Source: Caulobacter sp.
GTDB taxonomy: Bacteria > Pseudomonadota > Alphaproteobacteria > Caulobacterales > Caulobacteraceae
NCBI GenBank assembly: GCA_044361705.1
Contig: JBIKII010000001.1
Location: 1-62,043 of the forward strand
DNA: 62,043 nt
Direction of reading: 5' to 3'
Shown here in pieces: positions 8,282 to 17,708 of this stretch. The position numbers were made by a program, and so were the translations under genes. The notes under the pieces are model-generated. The model ran no database searches, was not told the DNA's origin, and worked only from the letters and a program-made list of their open reading frames with translations. The number at the start of each line of letters is the position of its first letter. Position 1 is the first letter of the stretch.

Positions 8282-9646
8282 CTACAGCGGTGCGAACTTC
8301 GCGGTGAAGTGGCGCATGGCTGACGGCTGCCAGGTGATCTTCATGCCCTTCAGCGCGTCCTTGCGGGCGACGATCTCCTCGAAGACCTCGACGATGTAGT
8401 CGGCGTGGCTCTGGGTGTAGACGCGGCGGGGGAAGGCCATGCGGACCAGATCCATCGGCGCCTCGACCTCGGTCCCGTCGGGCTTCAGGCCGAACATCAC
8501 CGTGCCGATCTCGCAGGAGCGGATGCCGCCCTCCAGGTACAGCGCCACGGCCAGGGCCTGGCCCGGATACTCGCGGGGCGGAATGTGCGGCAGCAGCCGG
8601 CGGGCGTCGATGAACACCGCGTGGCCGCCCGTCGGCCGCACGATCGGCACGCCCATCGCCTCCAGCCGCTCGCCGATGTAGGCCATGCTGCGCAGGCGGT
8701 AGCGCAGGTAGTCCTCGTCGATGATCTCGACCAGTCCCTGGGCGATGGCGTCCAGGTCCCGGCCGGCCAGCCCGCCGTAGGTCGGGAAACCCTCGGTCAG
8801 GATCAGCCGGTTGCGGGCCGCCTGGGCCAGGTCGTCGTCGTTCAGCGCCAGCCAGCCGCCGATGTTGGCGAAGGCGTCCTTCTTGGCCGACATGGTCATG
8901 CCGTCGGCGTCGGCGAACATGTCCCGCACGATGTCCTTCACCGAACGATCGCCCTGGCCGGGCTCACGCATCTTGATGAAGTAGGCGTTCTCGGCGAACC
9001 GGCAGCCGTCGATGATGAAGGGCTTGCCGTGGGCCTTGGCGATCTTCGCCGTGGCCCGGATGTTCTCCAGGCTGACCGGCTGGCCGCCGCCGGCGTTGTT
9101 GGTGACGGTGATCATCACGCAGGGGACCGCCGCGCCGTGCAGGGCCAGGTAGGCCTCCAGCCGGTCCAGGTCCATGTTGCCCTTGAACGGATGGAGGCTG
9201 GTCGGGTCCAGCCCCTCGGCGATGACCAGGTCGGCGGCTTCCGCGCCGGTCGACTCGATGTTGCCCCGGGTGGTGTCGAAGTGGGTGTTGGACGGGATGA
9301 ACTTGCCGGCGCCGCCCAGGATCGAGAACAGGATGGCCTCGGCGGCCCGGCCCTGGTGGGTCGGGATCACGTACTTGAACGGCATCAGGTCCTTCACCGC
9401 CGCCTCGAAGCGGAAGAAGGACGGGCTGCCGGCGTAGCTTTCGTCGCCCGACATCAGCGCGGCCTGCTGGCGGGCGCTCATCGCCGAGGTGCCGCTGTCG
9501 GTCAGAAGGTCGATCAGCACGTCGTCGGAGTGCAGGGCGAAGAGATTGTAGTCCGCCGCCGCGATCAGGCCGGCCCGTTCGTCCCGTGTGGTCATACGGA
9601 TGGGCTCGACCGCCTTGATGCGGAAGGGCTCGATGATGGTTCTCAT
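8282..9646 (-). CDS. tnaA: Tryptophanase (PLP beta-eliminating lyase)
   Basis: EPFRIKAVE, IDLLTDSGT, HQGR, HFDTT, PLP lysine motif MSAKKD, EGFPTYGGL, RHFTA. Confidence 0.88.
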   Translation of the reverse strand: MRTIIEPFRIKAVEPIRMTTRDERAGLIAAADYNLFALHSDDVLIDLLTDSGTSAMSARQQAALMSGDESYAGSPSFFRFEAAVKDLMPFKYVIPTHQGRAAEAILFSILGGAGKFIPSNTHFDTTRGNIESTGAEAADLVIAEGLDPTSLHPFKGNMDLDRLEAYLALHGAAVPCVMITVTNNAGGGQPVSLENIRATAKIAKAHGKPFIIDGCRFAENAYFIKMREPGQGDRSVKDIVRDMFADADGMTMSAKKDAFANIGGWLALNDDDLAQAARNRLILTEGFPTYGGLAGRDLDAIAQGLVEIIDEDYLRYRLRSMAYIGERLEAMGVPIVRPTGGHAVFIDARRLLPHIPPREYPGQALAVALYLEGGIRSCEIGTVMFGLKPDGTEVEAPMDLVRMAFPRRVYTQSHADYIVEVFEEIVARKDALKGMKITWQPSAMRHFTAKFAPL

Positions 9647-9697
9647 GTGATCTGTATCCATTGAAGCGCGGAGCAACGCGCGCTAACCGGTTTGACG

Positions 9698-10813
9698 ATG
9701 CCTTTATCCGTCCGCGCCGCGTACCGCGAGCGCCTTTCCGCAGGGGATATCCGGCCCGACGCGGCCCAGGAGGCGGCGCTCGGCGCGCTGTCACGGCTGG
9801 AGGGCGACCTCAACGCCTTGTCCGAGCCGGGCTTCGCGTTCTTCCGCAAGCCGAAGGGCGCGCGCGGCGTCTACCTCTGGGGGCCGGTCGGGCGGGGCAA
9901 GTCCATGCTGATGGACCTGTTCTTCGAGTCCGCGCCGATCGCCCGGAAGCGCCGGATCCACTTCCACGTCTTCATGGCCGAGGTCCACGCCAGCATCGAC
10001 GCCTGGCGCAAGGGCGACGCGGCGGCCCGCAAGGCGCGCTTCGGCCAGAGCAAGGGCGACGACCCGATCGCCCCGACCGCCGAGCGGATCGCCGAGGAGG
10101 CCCGGCTGCTCTGTTTCGACGAGTTCCAGGTCACCGACATCGCCGACGCCATGATCCTGGGACGGCTGTTCGAGCAGCTGTTCGCGCTGGGGGTCACCCT
10201 GGTCACCACCTCCAACCGGCCGCCGGACGATCTCTACAAGGACGGCATCAACCGCCAGCTCTTCCTGCCCTTCATCGCCATGCTGAAGGACAGGCTCGAG
10301 GTGGTCAGCGTGCGCGGGCCGGTCGACTTCCGGCTCGACCGCCTGCGCGGGGCCCGCACCTGGCTGGCGCCCGCTGACCCCGACAACGCCCGGACCTTCG
10401 ACAGGCTCTGGGCCGACATGCTGGACGGCGCGCCGGAGTCCGGGGCGACCCTGGAGGTGCTGGGCCGCAAGCTTCACCTGCCCCGCGCCAGCGGCGGCCT
10501 GTTGCGCGCCAGCTTCTCCAGTCTCTGCGACCATGCGCTCGGCCCGCAGGACTACCTGGCCGTGGCCGGGCGGTTCCATACGGTGTTCCTGGAGGACGTT
10601 CCGAAGCTGGTTCCGGCCAAGCGGGATGCGGCCAAACGTTTCAACACCCTCATCGACGCCCTCTACGAGGCCGAGGCCAAGCTGGTCGCGCTGGCCGATG
10701 TGGAGCCGGACCGGCTCTATCCGGAGGGGGACGGCTCGTTCGAGTTCGAGCGCACCGTCTCGCGGCTGCATGAAATGCGCTCGACCGACTGGCTCGAACG
10801 CGTCAGGGACTGA
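9698..10813 (+). CDS. zapE: Cell division ATPase ZapE (AFG1 family)
   Basis: GVYLWGPVGRGKSMLMDLF, LCFDEFQVTDIADAMIL, TTSNRPP, FERTVSRL. Confidence 0.92.
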   Translation: MPLSVRAAYRERLSAGDIRPDAAQEAALGALSRLEGDLNALSEPGFAFFRKPKGARGVYLWGPVGRGKSMLMDLFFESAPIARKRRIHFHVFMAEVHASIDAWRKGDAAARKARFGQSKGDDPIAPTAERIAEEARLLCFDEFQVTDIADAMILGRLFEQLFALGVTLVTTSNRPPDDLYKDGINRQLFLPFIAMLKDRLEVVSVRGPVDFRLDRLRGARTWLAPADPDNARTFDRLWADMLDGAPESGATLEVLGRKLHLPRASGGLLRASFSSLCDHALGPQDYLAVAGRFHTVFLEDVPKLVPAKRDAAKRFNTLIDALYEAEAKLVALADVEPDRLYPEGDGSFEFERTVSRLHEMRSTDWLERVRD

Positions 10814-10840
10814 TCAACAATCCAAGGGAGGAAGAACAAC

Positions 10841-11215
10841 ATGTTTTCGCACATCATGGTCGGGACCAACGACCTGAAGAAGGCCAAGACCTTCTACGAC
10901 GCCGTGCTGGCCACGCTGGGCGCCCCGCCGTCCTTCGTCGACGGTCACCGCATGTTCTACATGTACAACGGCGGCGTCTTCGGCGTGTCCGAGCCGATCA
11001 ACGGCGAGCCGGCCTGCCACGCCAACGGCGGCACCATCGGCTTCACCTGCAGCTCGCCTGAACAGGCCGACGCCTGGCATGCGGCCGGGATCGCCAACGG
11101 CGGGACCACCTGCGAGGATCCCCCCGGCGTCCGCGAAGGCGGCATGGGCAAGATGTACCTCGCCTACCTGCGCGACCCGGACGGCAACAAGCTCTGCGGC
11201 ATCCACCGGATGTAG
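10841..11215 (+). CDS. VOC/glyoxalase family protein
   Basis: MFSHIMVGTND...FYDAVL and AYLRDPDGNKLC; strong RBS GGGAGG. Confidence 0.9.
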   Translation: MFSHIMVGTNDLKKAKTFYDAVLATLGAPPSFVDGHRMFYMYNGGVFGVSEPINGEPACHANGGTIGFTCSSPEQADAWHAAGIANGGTTCEDPPGVREGGMGKMYLAYLRDPDGNKLCGIHRM

Positions 11216-11222
11216 GCGGCGA

Positions 11223-11248
11223 GGGAGCGGCGCCCGTCGCCGCTCCCC
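11223..11248 (+). terminator. GC-rich hairpin after the VOC gene
   Basis: GGGAGCGGCG-CCCGT-CGCCGCTCCC; weak U-tract. Confidence 0.45.
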
Positions 11249-11303
11249 CACCCGTTTCCCCGGCGACAGGCGCAAGTCGTTCGCCGAAAAGGCCTCGCTC
11301 GCG

Positions 11304-11331
11304 TTGACACCCGCGCCCCGGGGGTTAAATC
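11304..11331 (+). promoter_or_regulatory. Housekeeping sigma promoter of sdhC
   Basis: TTGACA followed by GTTAAATC, about 45 bp before the ATG. Confidence 0.55.
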
Positions 11332-11374
11332 CCGTCCGGCCTTCTTCAGAAGACCGCGCAACAACGAGTCCCAG

Positions 11375-11782
11375 ATGACCGAAGCTTCGCCGGGGGTCCG
11401 CGAGCGGCCCCTTTCGCCCCATCTCCAGGTCTGGCGCTGGCATGTGACGATGGCGGGCTCGATCCTGCATCGCGGCAGCCTGATTGCGCTCTACGTGGGC
11501 GCCCTGATCCTGGTCGGGTGGCTGCTGTCGCTGGCCTCTGGTCCTGACGCCTACGCCGCCTACATGAGCCTGCTGGGTTCGCTGCTCGGCAAGCTGGTGC
11601 TGCTGGGCCTGACCTTCGCGCTGTTCTTCAACCTGGCGAGCATGGTTCGGCATATGATCTGGGACATCGGCAAGGGCTTCCAGCCGAAGTTCGCCGACAC
11701 CATGACCATCGCCAGCCTCGTCTTCGCCGTCGTCGCCACCGCCGCGGTCTGGCTGATCGCCGCCAGCACGGGAGCCCTGTGA
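11375..11782 (+). CDS. sdhC: Succinate dehydrogenase cytochrome b556 subunit
   Basis: [20 protein letters not shown]; three TM segments. Confidence 0.95.
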   Translation: MTEASPGVRERPLSPHLQVWRWHVTMAGSILHRGSLIALYVGALILVGWLLSLASGPDAYAAYMSLLGSLLGKLVLLGLTFALFFNLASMVRHMIWDIGKGFQPKFADTMTIASLVFAVVATAAVWLIAASTGAL

Positions 11783-12186
11783 TGGCCGGGACCAGCACCA
11801 ACTTCCGCACGCCGCTGTCGCGCGCCCGGGGTCTGGGCGCCGCCAAGCACGGCGCCGGCCACTTCATCGCCGAGCGGGTCAGCGGCATCGCCCTGATCCC
11901 GCTGGTCCTCTGGGCCGCCTTCTCCGGCCCGATGCTGGCCAAGGGCGACTTCGCCTCGGCCTCGACCTGGCTGGCCCAGCCGCTCAACGCGGTGCTGGCC
12001 GGGCTGCTGGTCGTGGTCGGCTTCTTCCACCTGCGCCTGCAGATCCAGGTGGTGGTCGAGGACTACATCTACGGCTTCGTGGCCAAGACCGGCCTGCTGC
12101 TGCTGAACCTCTTCGTCTGTGTCCTGGGCGCCGCCCTGGGCCTGTTCGCCATCCTCAAGGTGGCCCTGCTGTCGGGAGCCCTTTGA
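11782..12186 (+). CDS. sdhD: Succinate dehydrogenase membrane anchor subunit
   Basis: [24 protein letters not shown]; TGATG coupling to sdhC. Confidence 0.93.
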   Translation: MAGTSTNFRTPLSRARGLGAAKHGAGHFIAERVSGIALIPLVLWAAFSGPMLAKGDFASASTWLAQPLNAVLAGLLVVVGFFHLRLQIQVVVEDYIYGFVAKTGLLLLNLFVCVLGAALGLFAILKVALLSGAL

Positions 12187-13973
12187 TGGCCGCCTACAAG
12201 TTCATCGACCACAAGTTCGACATCGTGGTCGTTGGCGCCGGCGGCTCGGGCCTGCGCGCCGCGCTCGGCTGCGCCGCCGCCGGCCTCAAGACCGCCTGCA
12301 TCACCAAGGTGTTCCCGACGCGGTCGCACACCGTCGCCGCCCAGGGCGGCATCTCCGCCTCGCTCGGCAACATGGGCGAGGACGACTGGCGCTGGCACAT
12401 GTACGACACCGTCAAGGGGTCGGACTGGCTGGGTGACCAGGACGCCATCGAGTACCTGACCCGCAACGCCCCGGCGGCGGTCTATGAGCTCGAGCACTGG
12501 GGCGTGCCGTTCTCGCGCACCCCGGACGGCAAGATCTACCAGCGCGCCTTCGGCGGCATGACCCGCAACTACGGCGAGGCCCCGATCCAGCGCACCTGCG
12601 CGGCGGCCGACCGCACCGGCCACGCCATGCTGCACACCATGTACGGCCAGGCGCTCAGCAAGGACGTCGAGTTCTTCATCGAGTTCTTCGGCCTCGACCT
12701 GATCATGGACGACGGCGTCTGCCGCGGCGTGACGGCCTGGAAGCTGGACGACGGCACCCTGCACCGCTTCCAGGCGCAGCGGACCATCCTGGCCACCGGC
12801 GGCTACGGCCGCGCCTACCTGTCGGCCACCAGCGCCCACACCTGCACCGGCGACGGCGGCGGCATGGCCCTGCGCGCCGGCCTGCCGCTTCAGGACATGG
12901 AGTTCGTGCAGTTCCACCCGACCGGCATCTTCCCGGCCGGCTGCCTGATCACCGAGGGCGCCCGCGGCGAGGGCGGCTATCTGACCAACTCCGAGGGCGA
13001 GCGCTTCATGGAGCGCTACGCCCCCAGCGTGAAGGACCTGGCGCCGCGCGACATGGTCAGCCGCGCCATGACCATCGAGATCCGCGAAGGGCGCGGGGTG
13101 GGTCCCAACAAGGACCACATCTTCCTGCACCTGGACCACCTGGATCCGAAGATCCTGCACGAGCGCCTGCCCGGAATCTCCGAGACCGCCAAGGTCTTCG
13201 CCGGCGTCGATGTGACCCGCGCCCCGATCCCGGTCCTGCCGACCGTCCACTACAACATGGGCGGCCTGCAGACGAACTACCACGGCGAGGTGGTGACCAA
13301 GACCGGCGACAACGCCGACACCATCGTGCCCGGCCTGATGGCCGTCGGCGAGGCGGCCTGCGTGTCGGTTCACGGCGCCAACCGCCTGGGCTCCAACAGC
13401 CTGATCGACCTGGTGGTGTTCGGCCGGGCCGTCGGCCTGCGCTGCGCCGAGATGGTCAAGCCGGGCGAGGTCCAGCCGGAGATGAAGGACGTCATGACCG
13501 ACGCCCACCTGGCCCGCTTCGACCGCTTCCGCCACGCTGACGGGACCCGCACCACCGCTGACCTGCGGCTGGAGATGCAGCGCGCCATGCAGGAGGACGC
13601 CGCCGTCTTCCGCACCGGCGAGTCGCTCAAGAGCGGCGTCGACCGCATCGCCGCCGTCGTGTCCGCCCGCAAGGACATCAAGGTCACCGACCGCGGTCTG
13701 GTCTGGAACAGCGACCTGATGGAGACGCTGGAGTTCGACAACCTCGTCGGCCAGGCGGCGGTGACGGTGAACAGTGCGCTGAACCGCACCGAAAGCCGCG
13801 GCGCCCACGCCCGCGAGGACTTCTCCGACCGCAACGACGACGAATGGATGAAGCACACCCTGTCCTGGTTCGACGACGCCAGCGGCAAGGTGAAGATCGA
13901 CTACCGACCGGTCCACAACTACACGATGACCAACGAAATCAGCTACATCCCGCCCAAGGCGCGGGTGTACTAG
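12186..13973 (+). CDS. sdhA: Succinate dehydrogenase flavoprotein subunit
   Basis: [42 protein letters not shown]. Confidence 0.98.
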   Translation: MAAYKFIDHKFDIVVVGAGGSGLRAALGCAAAGLKTACITKVFPTRSHTVAAQGGISASLGNMGEDDWRWHMYDTVKGSDWLGDQDAIEYLTRNAPAAVYELEHWGVPFSRTPDGKIYQRAFGGMTRNYGEAPIQRTCAAADRTGHAMLHTMYGQALSKDVEFFIEFFGLDLIMDDGVCRGVTAWKLDDGTLHRFQAQRTILATGGYGRAYLSATSAHTCTGDGGGMALRAGLPLQDMEFVQFHPTGIFPAGCLITEGARGEGGYLTNSEGERFMERYAPSVKDLAPRDMVSRAMTIEIREGRGVGPNKDHIFLHLDHLDPKILHERLPGISETAKVFAGVDVTRAPIPVLPTVHYNMGGLQTNYHGEVVTKTGDNADTIVPGLMAVGEAACVSVHGANRLGSNSLIDLVVFGRAVGLRCAEMVKPGEVQPEMKDVMTDAHLARFDRFRHADGTRTTADLRLEMQRAMQEDAAVFRTGESLKSGVDRIAAVVSARKDIKVTDRGLVWNSDLMETLEFDNLVGQAAVTVNSALNRTESRGAHAREDFSDRNDDEWMKHTLSWFDDASGKVKIDYRPVHNYTMTNEISYIPPKARVY

Positions 13974-13993
13974 GCCTTACGCCGCAAGGCTGT

Positions 13994-14040
13994 CGAAACG
14001 GCGCGTCACCCGGTCGGGCGGCGCGCCGTTTTTCGTTTCG
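13994..14040 (+). terminator. Putative intrinsic terminator/hairpin after sdhA
   Basis: AAACGGCGCG...CGCGCCGTTT followed by TTCGTTTC. Confidence 0.55.
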
Positions 14041-14062
14041 CCGACCACATCAGGACCGCCCC

Positions 14063-14078
14063 TCCACGCCGCCTGCAC
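14063..14078 (+). promoter_or_regulatory. Degenerate cre-tag-like direct repeat upstream of creD
   Basis: TCCAC-GCCGCC-TGCAC versus CreB consensus TTCAC-N6-TTCAC (4/5 in each half, exact spacing). Confidence 0.4.
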
Positions 14079-14119
14079 GGCGAGGGCGTCTGCTCCGCCC
14101 CTGACATTCACGGAGGGGC

Positions 14120-15562
14120 ATGATGTCCGACCCGACACCCGAGACCGCCGGCGCCTACATCAGGTTGCCCAGACCGAAATCCGCCGGCTGGGGCGGCAAG
14201 GCGTTGCTCGTCTGCCTGCTGGCCCTGCTGATGGCCATTCCCGGCCTGTTCGTGCTGGGTCTGGTGCACGACCGCGCCAACCGCTCCGGGAAGGTCGTGG
14301 CTGAAGTCTCCGACATGAGGGGCGGCGCCCAGCAGGTGCTGGGCCCGCTGATCGTGGCCCCTTACGTGATCCCGGCCGCGAAGGCGGGCGAGGAGGCCCG
14401 CTACGGCTGGTACGTGCTGTCGCCGGACACGGGCGCGGCGACGGCGAAGGTGGCCAGCAGCACGCTCAAGCGCGGCATCTTCACCGTGCCGGTCTATGAG
14501 GCGAGCGTCGACATCGAGGCGGTGTTCCCGGCCGTGCCGACCGCGCCCAGCGTTCCGGCCGGCGCCGCCGTGGACTGGAGCCGCGCCCGGGTCGTGCTCG
14601 GCTTCTCCGACCTGCGCGGCGGCAAGCTGGATCCGGCGGGCGTCGTGACCGGCCCGAACGGCCCGGCCCAGCTGGCCTTCGCCCCCGCGTCGGACATCGG
14701 CCTTGGCCAGCCCGGTCGGGCGACCGACAGCGGCGAGACCATTCCCGACGGCGGCGGCTTTGGCCTGATGAGCGCGCCGGCCGCCTCGCTGCTGGCCGGT
14801 GGAAGCTTCCGGACGCGGCTGGTCTTCACCGGGGCCCAGCGCCTGTCGATCATGCCCTTCGCCCGATCAACGCGGGTGACCGTCACCGGCGACTGGCCCG
14901 ATCCGGGCTTCGACGGCGGCTTCTCGCCGACCGCGCGGCAGGTCAGCGACGCCGGGTTCAAGGCCGACTGGACCGTGCCCTTCATGGCGCGGGGGCTGGC
15001 GGCGGAAGGCCCGTCCGACGCGGTCTCGCTGCTCGAACTCGGTCGCAAGGACCTGGGCGTCAGCTTCGTGCCGGCCAACAACCCCTATCAGTTCGTGATG
15101 CGGGCCCTGAAGTACGCGGTGATGTTCATCGGGCTGGTCTTCCTGACCTTCTTCGTGTTCGAGGCTCTTTCGGGACGCCGTCTGCACGCGGCGCAGTATG
15201 TGCTGATCGGCCTGGCGCAGATGGTCTTCTACCTGCTGCTGCTCAGCCTTTCGGAGTATGTCGGCTTCGACTGGGGCTTCGCGATCGCGGCCGTCGCCAC
15301 GGTGCTGCTGATCGGCCTCTACGCCGGGGCCGCGTTCCGGGCCGCGCGGTACAGGATCCAGGCGATCGTGGTGTTCAGCCTGGTCTACGGCCTGATCTAC
15401 CTGCTGATGCGGCTCGAGGACTTCGCGCTGCTGGCCGGCTCGGTCGCCGCCTTCACCGGCCTGACGGCGGCCATGTGGCTGACCCGGAACATCGACTGGT
15501 ACGGCGGCAAGACCCCGGTTGTCGCGACCGACTCGCAACAGCCCCCGTCACAGCAGGGATAA
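14120..15562 (+). CDS. creD: Inner membrane protein CreD
   Basis: [59 protein letters not shown]. Confidence 0.92.
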   Translation: MMSDPTPETAGAYIRLPRPKSAGWGGKALLVCLLALLMAIPGLFVLGLVHDRANRSGKVVAEVSDMRGGAQQVLGPLIVAPYVIPAAKAGEEARYGWYVLSPDTGAATAKVASSTLKRGIFTVPVYEASVDIEAVFPAVPTAPSVPAGAAVDWSRARVVLGFSDLRGGKLDPAGVVTGPNGPAQLAFAPASDIGLGQPGRATDSGETIPDGGGFGLMSAPAASLLAGGSFRTRLVFTGAQRLSIMPFARSTRVTVTGDWPDPGFDGGFSPTARQVSDAGFKADWTVPFMARGLAAEGPSDAVSLLELGRKDLGVSFVPANNPYQFVMRALKYAVMFIGLVFLTFFVFEALSGRRLHAAQYVLIGLAQMVFYLLLLSLSEYVGFDWGFAIAAVATVLLIGLYAGAAFRAARYRIQAIVVFSLVYGLIYLLMRLEDFALLAGSVAAFTGLTAAMWLTRNIDWYGGKTPVVATDSQQPPSQQG

Positions 15563-15651
15563 CGCAACGGAATGGCCCCTGTCGGCGTGGACAGGGGCCG
15601 CCACCCGCTCTAGATCGTCATCCAGGCAAGGTTACGGAACGAAGCGGCGTC

Positions 15652-16434
15652 ATGGTTCAACTCGCGCTCCCCAAGAATTCCCGCGTCGGCAAGGGCAGGC
15701 ACTACGCCGCCCCCGCCGGAGCCCAGCGCGTCAAGACCTTCAAGATCTACCGCTATGATCCCGAGGGGACCGAGAACCCGCGCTGGGACACCTATGACGT
15801 CGACGTCGACGCCTGCGGCCCGATGCTGCTGGACGTCCTCATCCACATCAAGAACCACGTCGACCCGACCCTGACCTTCCGCCGGTCCTGCCGCGAAGGC
15901 GTTTGCGGCTCCTGCGCCATGAACATCGGCGGCCGCAACACCCTGGCCTGCACGCAAGGCTGGGAAGACGTCGTCGGCAAGGAGATCCAGATCGCCCCGC
16001 TGCCCAGCCAGCCGGTGGTCAAGGACCTGGTCCCCGATCTGACCCTGTTCTACGCCCAGTACGCCTCGATCGAGCCCTGGCTGCACACCGAGACCCCCGA
16101 GCCCCAGACCGAGTGGAAGCAGTCGGAGACCGACCGCGCCAAGCTGGACGGCCTCTACGAGTGCATCCTCTGCGCCTGCTGCTCGACCTCCTGCCCCAGC
16201 TACTGGTGGAACGGCGAGAAGTACCTGGGCCCGGCCACGCTGCTGCACGCCTACCGCTGGCTGATCGACAGCCGCGACGAGTCGACCGGCGACCGCCTCG
16301 ACGCGCTCGAGGACCCGTTCAAGCTCTACCGCTGCCACACCATCATGAACTGCGCCCAGGTCTGCCCCAAGGGCCTGAACCCGGCCAAGGCCATCGCCGA
16401 GATCAAGAAGATGATGGTGGAGCGGGTGGCCTAG
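15652..16434 (+). CDS. sdhB: Succinate dehydrogenase iron-sulfur subunit
   Basis: [49 protein letters not shown]. Confidence 0.98.
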   Translation: MVQLALPKNSRVGKGRHYAAPAGAQRVKTFKIYRYDPEGTENPRWDTYDVDVDACGPMLLDVLIHIKNHVDPTLTFRRSCREGVCGSCAMNIGGRNTLACTQGWEDVVGKEIQIAPLPSQPVVKDLVPDLTLFYAQYASIEPWLHTETPEPQTEWKQSETDRAKLDGLYECILCACCSTSCPSYWWNGEKYLGPATLLHAYRWLIDSRDESTGDRLDALEDPFKLYRCHTIMNCAQVCPKGLNPAKAIAEIKKMMVERVA

Positions 16435-16805
16435 GCCAGCTTCAGGCCGCAGTAGGTCTCGAAGTGCCGGAAGTCGCTGTCCAGCGTGAGCAGCGGCGCA
16501 TTGGCGTCAATGCAGCACTGGGCAATCAGGGCGTCGAGCGTGCGGGCCCGCACGCCCTTCAGCAGCAGCGTCCGGCGGGTCTCCCCCGCTCGATCCCAGA
16601 AACCGTCTTCAAGCGGAAGCACAGGCGCGTCCTTCAGCAGCCGGTCGAGGCCGGCGTTCTGCACGCGACCTGCGCGCAACTCCGTCAAGACAGGTGGAGG
16701 CAGCCACAACAATTGCCTCGCAAGAGCCGCATGCAGCCTCTCGATCCTGGGATCAGGATCGTCCTTCAGATAGCCGATCAGCGCCGAGGTATCGGCCGCG
16801 ATCAC
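16431..16805 (-). CDS. vapC: PIN-domain (VapC-like) toxin
   Basis: [23 protein letters not shown] acidic PIN residues; 124 aa; overlaps upstream small gene. Confidence 0.88.
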   Translation of the reverse strand: MIAADTSALIGYLKDDPDPRIERLHAALARQLLWLPPPVLTELRAGRVQNAGLDRLLKDAPVLPLEDGFWDRAGETRRTLLLKGVRARTLDALIAQCCIDANAPLLTLDSDFRHFETYCGLKLA

Positions 16806-17029
16806 CGGTCGCCGCCGAAGTCGTAGTCCTTGTCCTCTCGGGAGGCGTCGAGATCGTAGTCGAAGTCGACCTTCCCGCGGAGCTCCTGCATCCCTTTGTA
16901 GAAGCGCTCATGAGCGATCTTCTGCAGTCCGATCCGCAGGGTTTCCGAGATGCCGACGCCGGTCTCCTCCTGGGCCGATGCCAGGAGGCCGGCAGGGACG
17001 AAAGCGGTGATTTTCTTCATCTCGGTCAT
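16802..17029 (-). CDS. Putative VapB-like antitoxin
   Basis: 75 aa (MTEMKKITAFVPAGLL...), RHH-like N-terminus, acidic tail, GTGA overlap with the PIN gene. Confidence 0.7.
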   Translation of the reverse strand: MTEMKKITAFVPAGLLASAQEETGVGISETLRIGLQKIAHERFYKGMQELRGKVDFDYDLDASREDKDYDFGGDR

Positions 17030-17040
17030 GACCGGATCAT

Positions 17041-17059
17041 GCCATAACTCCTGTATGGC
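17041..17059. promoter_or_regulatory. Inverted-repeat operator of the TA promoter
   Basis: GCCATA-ACTCCTG-TATGGC 12 bp upstream of the antitoxin ATG. Confidence 0.6.
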
Positions 17060-17075
17060 GCCAAATGCTGGCAAG

Positions 17076-17624
17076 ATGACCAACCCGTGGTCCTGGGCCG
17101 CCCTGCTCTGGGGCGCGGCTGAGGGATTCCTGTTCTTCATCGTGCCCGATGTGATCATCGGCCTGATCGCGATGCGGAAGGGGATCCGGGCCGGCGTGAT
17201 CGCGGCGCTGCTGGCCGCCACCGGCGCGGCGCTTGGCGGCGGAGCGATGTACCTCTGGGCGCAGAACGAGCCGGCTCAGGCCCGGGCCGCCGTGGCCGCC
17301 GTTCCCGCCGTCTCCGACGCCATGGTCGCCCGCGCCGAACGCGAGATGGCGGCAGGCTGGCTGGGCGCGGCGATGAAGGGTCCGCTGACCAGCACGCCCT
17401 ACAAGGTCTACGCCGCCCTGGCCCCGGCGCAGGGGATCAGCCTGCCGGCCTGGGTCGCGGCGGCCTGGCCGGTGCGACTGCCGCGGTTCCTGCTCGTGGC
17501 CGTCGGGATGGCCCTGATCGGAGGCCTGATCCGCGAGCGGTTGTCACCCCGTATTGGGCTGGCCGTCTTCACGTCGGGCTGGGTCTTGTTCTATGGCTGG
17601 TTCTGGCTGAGCCATCCGGGCTGA
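17076..17624 (+). CDS. YqaA/DedA-like membrane protein
   Basis: AEGFLFFIVPD and TSTPYKVYA resemble YqaA motifs (ES..FP.PPD, P.PYK); several TM segments. Confidence 0.65.
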   Translation: MTNPWSWAALLWGAAEGFLFFIVPDVIIGLIAMRKGIRAGVIAALLAATGAALGGGAMYLWAQNEPAQARAAVAAVPAVSDAMVARAEREMAAGWLGAAMKGPLTSTPYKVYAALAPAQGISLPAWVAAAWPVRLPRFLLVAVGMALIGGLIRERLSPRIGLAVFTSGWVLFYGWFWLSHPG

Positions 17625-17662
17625 GACAAAGTGAACCGGCAGGCGGACCGCCGCTTGCAAAA

Positions 17663-17682
17663 AAGTGACGCGGTCGTCATTT
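17663..17682. promoter_or_regulatory. Palindromic operator upstream of ferredoxin reductase
   Basis: AAGTGACG-CGGT-CGTCATTT just downstream of a TTGCAA -35-like hexamer; near-identical copy at 22614. Confidence 0.65.
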
Positions 17683-17708
17683 TCCGCGCGAAGTTCGGGG
17701 AGACCCTG

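Noticed and set aside
15605-15622. CCGCTCTAG resembling a Caulobacter intergenic repeat end
   Set aside because: Short match only, with no partner arm or second copy in the window
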